In this document: positions 1-10,408 of the stretch, piece after piece
Layout of the letters: each line of letters starts with the position of its first letter
Position numbering within the stretch: position 1 is the first letter of the stretch
NCBI GenBank assembly: GCA_964016885.1
Contig: CAXHJY010001151.1
Coordinates: 1 to 35,564 of the forward strand
Direction: 5' to 3'
DNA: 35,564 bases
DNA from: Eledone cirrhosa
Taxonomy: Eukaryota
Notes under the pieces: model-generated
What the model was told of the DNA's origin: nothing
Databases searched by the model: none
What the model saw: only the letters and a program-made list of their open reading frames with translations
Program-made: the position numbers and the translations under genes

Positions 1-4
1 AAAG

Positions 5-65
5 TCCGCCGGCGAATGGTGTGCTTCGAAGAAAACGAATCCAAAAATGGCGATTTGCCGGCGGA
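5..65. repeat. 13-bp inverted repeat with 35-nt spacer, present in essentially every monomer
   Basis: TCCGCCGGCGAAT (5-17) vs ATTTGCCGGCGGA (53-65): 12/13 Watson-Crick pairs plus one G14-T56. Confidence 0.92.
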
Positions 66-77
66 GTTACCTTTTCA

Positions 78-100
78 ATCGCGGGCCGGCCGCCCGTGGT
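78..100. repeat. GC-rich 9-bp stem / 5-nt loop dyad in each monomer
   Basis: ATCGCGGGC (78-86) pairs with GCCCGTGGT (92-100): 7 WC pairs plus T79-G99 and G81-T97; loop CGGCC. Confidence 0.8.
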
Positions 101-101
101 C

Positions 102-176
102 GGATCGATCTGTAATTACTGGTACATGTGCAGACACTCATTGGCTATGTGTGGCGTGAATTTCAGCAAGATATCT
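102..176. repeat. Cluster of short palindromes in each monomer
   Basis: GATCGATC (103-110), GTAATTAC (112-119), ACATGT (124-129), TGAA-T-TTCA (157-165), AGATATCT (169-176). Confidence 0.85.
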
Positions 177-3100
177 CCGTAAAATCAATAGTTGTGGCTG
201 TGGAACCAAACCGTGTTAAACGTCAACAGAAGTCCGCCGGCGAATGGTGTGCTTCGAAGAAAACGAATCCAAAAATGGCGATTTGCCGGCGGAGTTACCT
301 TTTCAATCGCGGGCCGGCCGCCCGTGGTCGGATCGATCTGTAATTACTGGTACATGTGCAGACACTCATTGGCTATGTGTGGCGTGAATTTCAGCAAGAT
401 ATCTCGGTAAAATCAATAGTTGTGGCTGTGGAACCAAACCGTGTTAAACGTCAACAAAGTCCGCCGGCGAATGGTGTGCTTCGAAGAAAACGAATCCAAA
501 AATGGCGATTTGCCGGCGGAGTTACCTTTTCAATCGCGGGCCGGCCGCCCGTGGTCGGATCGATCTGTAATTACTGGTACATGTGCAGACACTCATTGGC
601 TATGTGTGGCGTGAATTTCAGCAAGATATCTCCGTAAAATCAATAGTTGTGGCTGTGGAACCAAACCGTGTTAAACGTCAACAAAGTCCGCCGGCGAATG
701 GTGTGCTTCGAAGAAAACGAATCCAAAAATGGCGATTTGCCGGCGGAGTTACCTTTTCAATCGCGGGCCGGCCGCCCGTGGTCGGATCGATCTGTAATTA
801 CTGGTACATGTGCAGACACTCATTGGCTATGTGTGGCGTGAATTTCAGCAAGATATCTCCGTAAAATCAATAGTTGTGGCTGTGGAACCAAACCGTGTTA
901 AACGTCAACAAAGTCCGCCGGCGAATGGTGTGCTTCGAAGAAAACGAATCCAAAAATGACGATTTGCCGGCGGAGTTACCTTTTCAATCGCGGGCCGGCC
1001 GCCCGTGGTCGGATCGATCTGTAATTACTGGTACATGTGCAGACACTCATTGGCTATGTGTGGCGTGAATTTCAGCAAGATATCTCCGTAAAATCAATAG
1101 TTGTGGCTGTGGAACCAAACCGTGTTAAACGTCAACAAAGTCCGCCGGCGAATGGTGTGCTTCGAAGAAAACGAATCCAAAAATGACGATTTGCCGGCGG
1201 AGTTACCTTTTCAATCGCGGGCCGGCCGCCCGTGGTCGGATCGATCTGTAATTACTGGTACATGTGCAGACACTCATTGGCTATGTGTGGCGTGAATTTC
1301 AGCAAGATATCTCCGTAAAATCAATAGTTGTGGCTGTGGAACCAAACCGTGTTAAACGTCAGCAAAGTCCGCCGGCGAATGGTGTGCTTCGAAGAAAACG
1401 AATCCAAAAATGACGATTTGCCGGCGGAGTTACCTTTTCAATCGCGGGCCGGCCGCCCGTGGTCGGATCGATCTGTAATTACTGGTACATGTGCAGACAC
1501 TCATTGGCTATGGGTGGCGTGAATTTCAGCAAGATATCTCCGTAAAATCAATAGTTGTGGCTGTGGAACCAAACCGTGTTAAACGTCAACAAAGTCCGCC
1601 GGCGAATGGTGTGCTTCGAAGAAAACGAATCCAAAAATGACGATTTGCCGGCGGAGTTACCTTTTCAATCGCGGGCCGGCCGCCCGTGGTCGGATCGATC
1701 TGTAATTACTGGTACATGTGCAGACACTCATTGGCTATGTGTGGCGTGAATTTCAGCAAGATATCTCCGTAAAATCAATAGTTGTGGCTGTGGAACCAAA
1801 CCGTGTTAAACGTCAGCAAAGTCCGCCGGCGAATGGTGTGCTTCGAAGAAAACGAATCCAAAAATGACGATTTGCCGGCGGAGTTACCTTTTCAATCACG
1901 GGCCCGGCCGCCCGTGGTCGGATCGATCTGTAATTACTGGTACATGTGCAGACACTCATTGGCTATGTGTGGCGTGAATTTCAGCAAGATATCTCCGTAA
2001 AATCAATAGTTGTGGCTGTGGAACCAAACCGTGTTAAACGTCAACAAAGTCCGCCGGCGAATGGTGTGCTTCGAAGAAAACGAATCCAAAAATGACGATT
2101 TGCCGGCGGAGTTACCTTTTCAATCGCGGGCCGGCCGCCCGTGGTCGGATCGATCTGTAATTACTGGTACATGTGCAGACACTCATTGGCTATGTGTGGC
2201 GTGAATTTCAGCAAGATATCTCCGTAAAATCAATAGTTGTGGCTGTGGAACCAAACCGTGTTAAACGTCAACAAAGTCCGCCGGCGAATGGTGTGCTTCG
2301 AAGAAAACGAATCCAAAAATGGCGATTTGCCGGCGGAGTTACCTTTTCAATCGCGGGCCGGCCGCCCGTGGTCGGATCGATCTGTAATTACTGGTACATG
2401 TGCAGACACTCATTGGCTATGTGTGGCGTGAATTTCAGCAAGATATCTCGGTAAAATCAATAGTTGTGGCTGTGGAACCAAACCGTGTTAAACGTCAACA
2501 AAGTCCGCCGGCGAATGGTGTGCTTCGAAGAAAACGAATCCAAAAATGGCGATTTGCCGGCGGAGTTACCTTTTCAATCGCGGGCCGGCCGCCCGTGGTC
2601 GGATCGATCTGTAATTACTGGTACATGTGCAGACACTCATTGGCTATGTGTGGCGTGAATTTCAGCAAGATATCTCCGTAAAATCAATAGTTGTGGCTGT
2701 GGAACCAAACCGTGTTAAACGTCAACAAAGTCCGCCGGCGAATGGTGTGCTTCGAAGAAAACGAATCCAAAAATGGCGATTTGCCGGCGGAGTTACCTTT
2801 TCAATCGCGGGCCGGCCGTCCGTGGTCGGATCGATCTGTAATTACTGGTACATGTGCAGACACTCATTGGCTATGTGTGGCGTGAATTTCAGCAAGATAT
2901 CTCGGTAAAATCAATAGTTGTGGCTGTGGAACCAAACCGTGTTAAACGTCAACAAAGTCCGCCGGCGAATGGTGTGCTTCGAAGAAAACGAATCCAAAAA
3001 TGGCGATTTGCCGGCGGAGTTACCTTTTCAATCGCGGGCCGGCCGCCCGTGGTCGGATCGATCTGTAATTACTGGTACATGTGCAGACACTCATTGGCTA

Positions 3101-6100
3101 TGTGTGGCGTGAATTTCAGCAAGATATCTCCGTAAAATCAATAGTTGTGGCTGTGGAACCAAACCGTGTTAAACGTCAACAAAGTCCGCCGGCGAATGGT
3201 GTGCTTCGAAGAAAACGAATCCAAAAATGACGATTTGCCGGCGGAGTTACCTTTTCAATCGCGGGCCGGCCGCCCGTGGTCGGATCGATCTGTAATTACT
3301 GGTACATGTGCAGACACTCATTGGCTATGTGTGGCGTGAATTTCAGCAAGATATCTCCGTAAAATCAATAGTTGTGGCTGTGGAACCAAACCGTGTTAAA
3401 AGTCAGCAAAGTCCGCCGGCGAATGGTGTGCTTCGAAGAAAACGAATCCAAAAATGACGATTTGCCGGCGGAGTTACCTTTTCAATCGCGGGCCGGCCGC
3501 CCGTGGTCGTATCGATCTGTAATTACTGGTACATGTGCAGACACTCATTGGCTATGGGTGGCGTGAATTTCAGCAAGATATCTCCGTAAAATCAATAGTT
3601 GTGGCTGTGGAACCAAACCGTGTTAAACGTCAACAAAGTCCGCCGGCGAATGGTGTGCTTCGAAGAAAACGAATCCAAAAATGACGATTTGCCGGCGGAG
3701 TTACCTTTTCAATCGCGGGCCGGCCGCCCGTGGTCGGATCGATCTGTAATTACTGGTACATGTGCAGACACTCATTGGCTATGTGTGGCGTGAATTTCAG
3801 CAAGATATCTCCGTAAAATCAATAGTTGTGGCTGTGGAACCAAACCGTGTTAAACGTCAGCAAAGTCCGCCGGCGAATGGTGTGCTTCGAAGAAAACGAA
3901 TCCAAAAATGACGATTTGCCGGCGGAGTTACCTTTTCAATCGCGGGCCGGCCGCCCGTGGTCGGATCGATCTGTAATTACTGGTACATGTGCAGACACTC
4001 ATTGGCTATGGGTGGCGTGAATTTCAGCAAGATATCTCCGTAAAATCAATAGTTGTGGCTGTGGAACCAAACCGTGTTAAACGTCAACAAAGTCCGCCGG
4101 CGAATGGTGTGCTTCGAAGAAAACGAATCCAAAAATGACGATTTGCCGGCGGAGTTACCTTTTCAATCGCGGGCCGGCCGCCCGTGGTCGGATCGATCTG
4201 TAATTACTGGTACATGTGCAGACACTCATTGGCTATGTGTGGCGTGAATTTCAGCAAGATATCTCCGTAAAATCAATAGTTGTGGCTGTGGAACCAAACC
4301 GTGTTAAACGTCAGCAAAGTCCGCCGGCGAATGGTGTGCTTCGAAGAAAACGAATCCAAAAATGACGATTTGCCGGCGGAGTTACCTTTTCAATCACGGC
4401 CCGGCCGCCCGTGGTCGGATCGATCTGTAATTACTGGTACATGTGCAGACACTCATTGGCTATGTGTGGCGTGAATTTCAGCAAGATATCTCCGTAAAAT
4501 CAATAGTTGTGGCTGTGGAACCAAACCGTGTTAAACGTCAACAAAGTCCGCCGGCGAATGGTGTGCTTCGAAGAAAACGAATCCAAAAATGACGATTTGC
4601 CGGCGGAGTTACCTTTTCAATCGCGGGCCGGCCGCCCGTGGTCGGATCGATCTGTAATTACTGGTACATGTGCAGACACTCATTGGCTATGTGTGGCGTG
4701 AATTTCAGCAAGATATCTCCGTAAAATCAATAGTTGTGGCTGTGGAACCAAACCGTGTTAAACGTCAACAAAGTCCGCCGGCGAATGGTGTGCTTCGAAG
4801 AAAACGAATCCAAAAATGACGATTTGCCGGCGGAGTTACCTTTTCAATCGCGGGCCGGCCGCCCGTGGTCGGATCGATCTGTAATTACTGGTACATGTGC
4901 AGACACTCATTGGCTATGTGTGGCGTGAATTTCAGCAAGATATCTCCGTAAAATCAATAGTTGTGGCTGTGGAACCAAACCGTGTTAAACGTCAACAAAG
5001 TCCGCCGGCGAATGGTGTGCTTCGAAGAAAACGAATCCAAAAATGACGATTTGCCGGCGGAGTTACCTTTTCAATCGCGGGCCGGCCGCCCGTGGTCGGA
5101 TCGATCTGTAATTACTGGTACATGTGCAGACACTCATTGGCTATGTGTGGCGTGAATTTCAGCAAGATATCTCCGTAAAATCAATAGTTGTGGCTGTGGA
5201 ACCAAACCGTGTTAAACGTCAGCAAAGTCCGCCGGCGAATGGTGTGCTTCGAAGAAAACGAATCCAAAAATGACGATTTGCCGGCGGAGTTACCTTTTCA
5301 ATCACGGCCCGGCCGCCCGTGGTCGGATCGATCTGTAATTACTGGTACATGTGCAGACACTCATTGGCTATGTGTGGCGTGAATTTCAGCAAGATATCTC
5401 CCTAAAATCAATAGTTGTGGCTGTGGAACCAAACCGTGTTAAACGTCAACAAAGTCCGCCGGCGAATGGTGTGCTTCGAAGAAAACGAATCCAAAAATGA
5501 CGATTTGCCGGCGGAGTTACCTTTTCAATCGCGGGCCGGCCGCCCGTGGTCGGATCGATCTGTAATTACTGGTACATGTGCAGACACTCATTGGCTATGT
5601 GTGGCGTGAATTTCAGCAAGATATCTCCGTAAAATCAATAGTTGTGGCTGTGGAACCAAACCGTGTTAAACGTCAACAAAGTCCGCCGGCGAATGGTGTG
5701 CTTCGAAGAAAACGAATCCAAAAATGGCGATTTGCCGGCGGAGTTACCTTTTCAATCGCGGGCCGGCCGCCCGTGGTCGGATCGATCTGTAATTACTGGT
5801 ACATGTGCAGACACTCATTGGCTATGTGTGGCGTGAATTTCAGCAAGATATCTCCGTAAAATCAATAGTTGTGGCTGTGGAACCAAACCGTGTTAAAAGT
5901 CAGCAAAGTCCGCCGGCGAATGGTGTGCTTCGAAGAAAACGAATCCAAAAATGACGATTTGCCGGCGGAGTTACCTTTTCAATCGCGGGCCGGCCGCCCG
6001 TGGTCGGATCGATCTGTAATTACTGGTACATGTGCAGACACTCATTGGCTATGTGTGGCGTGAATTTCAGCAAGATATCTCCGTAAAATCAATAGTTGTC

Positions 6101-8592
6101 GCTGTGGAACCAAACCGTGTTAAACGTCAACAAAGTCCGCCGGCGAATGGTGTGCTTCGAAGAAAACGAATCCAAAAATGACGATTTGCCGGCGGAGTTA
6201 CCTTTTCAATCGCGGGCCGGCCGCCCGTGGTCGGATCGATCTGTAATTACTGGTACATGTGCAGACACTCATTGGCTATGTGTGGCGTGAATTTCAGCAA
6301 GATATCTCCGTAAAATCAATAGTTGTGGCTGTGGAACCAAACCGTGTTAAACGTCAGCAAAGTCCGCCGGCGAATGGTGTGCTTCGAAGAAAACGAATCC
6401 AAAAATGACGATTTGCCGGCGGAGTTACCTTTTCAATCGCGGGCCGGCCGCCCGTGGTCGGATCGATCTGTAATTACTGGTACATGTGCAGACACTCATT
6501 GGCTATGTGTGGCGTGAATTTCAGCAAGATATCTCCGTAAAATCAATAGTTGTGGCTGTGGAACCAAACCGTGTTAAACGTCAACAAAGTCCGCCGGCGA
6601 ATGGTGTGCTTCGAAGAAAACGAATCCAAAAATGGCGATTTGCCGGCGGAGTTACCTTTTCAATCGCGGGCCGGCCGCCCGTGGTCGGATCGATCTGTAA
6701 TTACTGGTACATGTGCAGACACTCATTGGCTATGTGTGGCGTGAATTTCAGCAAGATATCTCCGTAAAATCAATAGTTGTGGCTGTGGAACCAAACCGTG
6801 TTAAACGTCAGCAAAGTCCGCCGGCGAATGGTGTGCTTCGAAGAAAACGAATCCAAAAATGACGATTTGCCGGCGGAGTTACCTTTTCAATCGCGGGCCG
6901 GCCGCCCGTGGTCGGATCGATCTGTAATTACTGGTACATGTGCAGACACTCATTGGCTATGTGTGGCGTGAATTTCAGCAAGATATCTCCGTAAAATCAA
7001 TAGTTGTGGCTGTGGAACCAAACCGTGTTAAACGTCAACAAAGTCCGCCGGCGAATGGTGTGCTTCGAAGAAAACGAATCCAAAAATGGCGATTTGCCGG
7101 CGGAGTTACCTTTTCAATCGCGGGCCGGCCGCCCGTGGTCGGATCGATCTGTAATTACTGGTACATGTGCAGACACTCATTGGCTATGTGTGGCGTGAAT
7201 TTCAGCAAGATATCTCCGTAAAATCAATAGTAGTGGCTGTGGAACCAAACCGTGTTAAACGTCAACAAAGTCCGCCGGCGAATGGTGTGCTTCGAAGAAA
7301 ACGAATCCAAAAATGGCGATTTGCCGGCGGAGTTACCTTTTCAATCGCGGGCCGGCCGCCCGTGGTCGGATCGATCTGTAATTACTGGTACATGTGCAGA
7401 CACTCATTGGCTATGTGTGGCGTGAATTTCAGCAAGATATCTCGGTAAAATCAATAGTTGTGGCTGTGGAACCAAACCGTGTTAAACGTCAACAAAGTCC
7501 GCCGGCGAATGGTGTGCTTCGAAGAAAACGAATCCAAAAATGGCGATTTGCCGGCGGAGTTACCTTTTCAATCGCGGGCCGGCCGCCCGTGGTCGGATCG
7601 ATCTGTAATTACTGGTACATGTGCAGACACTCATTGGCTATGTGTGGCGTGAATTTCAGCAAGATATCTCCGTAAAATCAATAGTTGTGGCTGTGGAACC
7701 AAACCGTGTTAAACGTCAACAAAGTCCGCCGGCGAATGGTGTGCTTCGAAGAAAACGAATCCAAAAATGGCGATTTGCCGGCGGAGTTACCTTTTCAATC
7801 GCGGGCCGGCCGTCCGTGGTCGGATCGATCTGTAATTACTGGTACATGTGCAGACACTCATTGGCTATGTGTGGCGTGAATTTCAGCAAGATATCTCGGT
7901 AAAATCAATAGTTGTGGCTGTGGAACCAAACCGTGTTAAACGTCAACAAAGTCCGCCGGCGAATGGTGTGCTTCGAAGAAAACGAATCCAAAAATGGCGA
8001 TTTGCCGGCGGAGTTACCTTTTCAATCGCGGGCCGGCCGCCCGTGGTCGGATCGATCTGTAATTACTGGTACATGTGCAGACACTCATTGGCTATGTGTG
8101 GCGTGAATTTCAGCAAGATATCTCCGTAAAATCAATAGTTGTGGCTGTGGAACCAAACCGTGTTAAACGTCAACAAAGTCCGCCGGCGAATGGTGTGCTT
8201 CGAAGAAAACGAATCCAAAAATGGCGATTTGCCGGCGGAGTTACCTTTTCAATCGCGGGTCGGCCGCCCGTGGTCGGATCGATCTGTAATTACTGGTACA
8301 TGTGCAGACACTCATTGGCTATGTGTGGCGTGAATTTCAGCAAGATATCTCCGTAAAATCAATAGTTGTGGCTGTGGAACCAAACCGTGTTAAACGTCAG
8401 CAAAGTCCGCCGGCGAATGGTGTGCTTCGAAGAAAACGAATCCAAAAATGACGATTTGCCGGCGGAGTTACCTTTTCAATCGCGGGCCGGCCGCCCGTGG
8501 TCGGATCGATCTGTAATTACTGGTACATGTGCAGACACTCATTGGCTATGTGTGGCGTGAATTTCAGCAAGATATCTCCGTAAAATCAATAG

Positions 8593-10408
8593 TTGTGGCT
8601 GTGGAACCAAACCGTGTTAAACGTCAACAAAGTCCGCCGGCGAATGGTGTGCTTCGAAGAAAACGAATCCAAAAATGGCGATTTGCCGGCGGAGTTACCT
8701 TTTCAATCGCGGGCCGGCCGCCCGTGGTCGGATCGATCTGTAATTACTGGTACATGTGCAGACACTCATTGGCTATGTGTGGCGTGAATTTCAGCAAGAT
8801 ATCTCCGTAAAATCAATAGTTGTGGCTGTGGAACCAAACCGTGTTAAACGTCAACAAAGTCCGCCGGCGAATGGTGTGCTTCGAAGAAAACGAATCCAAA
8901 AATGGCGATTTGCCGGCGGAGTTACCTTTTCAATCGCGGGCCGGCCGCCCGTGGTCGGATCGATCTGTAATTACTGGTACATGTGCAGACACTCATTGGC
9001 TATGTGTGGCGTGAATTTCAGCAAGATATCTCGGTAAAATCAATAGTTGTGGCTGTGGAACCAAACCGTGTTAAACGTCAACAAAGTCCGCCGGCGAATG
9101 GTGTGCTTCGAAGAAAACGAATCCAAAAATGGCGATTTGCCGGCGGAGTTACCTTTTCAATCGCGGGCCGGCCGCCCGTGGTCGGATCGATCTGTAATTA
9201 CTGGTACATGTGCAGACACTCATTGGCTATGTGTGGCGTGAATTTCAGCAAGATATCTCCGTAAAATCAATAGTTGTGGCTGTGGAACCAAACCGTGTTA
9301 AACGTCAACAAAGTCCGCCGGCGAATGGTGTGCTTCGAAGAAAACGAATCCAAAAATGGCGATTTGCCGGCGGAGTTACCTTTTCAATCGCGGGCCGGCC
9401 GTCCGTGGTCGGATCGATCTGTAATTACTGGTACATGTGCAGACACTCATTGGCTATGTGTGGCGTGAATTTCAGCAAGATATCTCCGTAAAATCAATAG
9501 TTGTGGCTGTGGAACCAAACCGTGTTAAACGTCAACAAAGTCCGCCGGCGAATGGTGTGCTTCGAAGAAAACGAATCCAAAAATGGCGATTTGCCGGCGG
9601 AGTTACCTTTTCAATCGCGGGCCGGCCGCCCGTGGTCGGATCGATCTGTAATTACTGGTACATGTGCAGACACTCATTGGCTATGTGTGGCGTGAATTTC
9701 AGCAAGATATCTCCGTAAAATCAATAGTTGTGGCTGTGGAACCAAACCGTGTTAAACGTCAACAAAGTCCGCCGGCGAATGGTGTGCTTCGAAGAAAACG
9801 AATCCAAAAATGGCGATTTGCCGGCGGAGTTACCTTTTCAATCGCGGGCCGGCCGCCCGTGGTCGGATCGATCTGTAATTACTGGTACATGTGCAGACAC
9901 TCATTGGCTATGTGTGGCGTGAATTTCAGCAAGATATCTCGGTAAAATCAATAGTTGTGGCTGTGGAACCAAACCGTGTTAAACGTCAACAAAGTCCGCC
10001 GGCGAATGGTGTGCTTCGAAGAAAACGAATCCAAAAATGGCGATTTGCCGGCGGAGTTACCTTTTCAATCGCGGGCCGGCCGCCCGTGGTCGGATCGATC
10101 TGTAATTACTGGTACATGTGCAGACACTCATTGGCTATGTGTGGCGTGAATTTCAGCAAGATATCTCCGTAAAATCAATAGTTGTGGCTGTGGAACCAAA
10201 CCGTGTTAAACGTCAACAAAGTCCGCCGGCGAATGGTGTGCTTCGAAGAAAACGAATCCAAAAATGGCGATTTGCCGGCGGAGTTACCTTTTCAATCGCG
10301 GGCCGGCCGTCCGTGGTCGGATCGATCTGTAATTACTGGTACATGTGCAGACACTCATTGGCTATGTGTGGCGTGAATTTCAGCAAGATATCTCCGTAAA
10401 ATCAATAG
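8593..10408. repeat. Tandem duplication of a 4-monomer block (908 bp x2)
   Basis: Order consensus / C178G / consensus / C93T occurs at 8593-9500 and again at 9501-10408. Confidence 0.75.

Larger units (their letters stand above)
1..227 (+). repeat. Representative monomer (G50 subtype); phase is arbitrary
   Basis: First full period. Hand count gives 51 C, 61 G and 19 CpG. It carries GGCCGGCC (FseI, m84-91), TTCGAA (BstBI, m25-30), GATATC (EcoRV, m170-175), ATCGAT (ClaI, m104-109) and two GCCGGC in the inverted-repeat arms. Confidence 0.97.

Noticed and set aside
38-52. Similarity of minus-strand GCCATTTTTGG to the dinoflagellate spliced leader (CCGTAGCCATTTTGGCTCAAG)
   Set aside because: Only ~10 nt match with an extra T; the flanks differ and no CTCAAG|GT follows.
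78-100. Rho-independent terminator
   Set aside because: The GC hairpin has no downstream U-tract on either strand (the + strand T-run lies upstream of it), and no gene context exists.
7-176. Synthetic construct/polylinker (many restriction palindromes: SgrAI, BstBI, NaeI, FseI, EagI, ClaI, PciI, EcoRV)
   Set aside because: No vector elements are present, and the nested natural-looking polymorphisms with HOR structure argue for an evolved array. It does not resemble the Widom 601, lacO or tetO arrays.
1-227. Hammerhead ribozyme / retrozyme satellite
   Set aside because: No CTGANGA core on either strand; the closest are minus-strand CTGAAAT and the variant CTGACGT. Other ribozyme classes were not recognised but would need an Infernal search to exclude.
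1-227. 5S rRNA or tRNA tandem gene array
   Set aside because: The unit size is compatible, but I see no 5S conserved sequence or cloverleaf. GCTTCGAAG only loosely resembles a B-box (GGTTCGANTCC).
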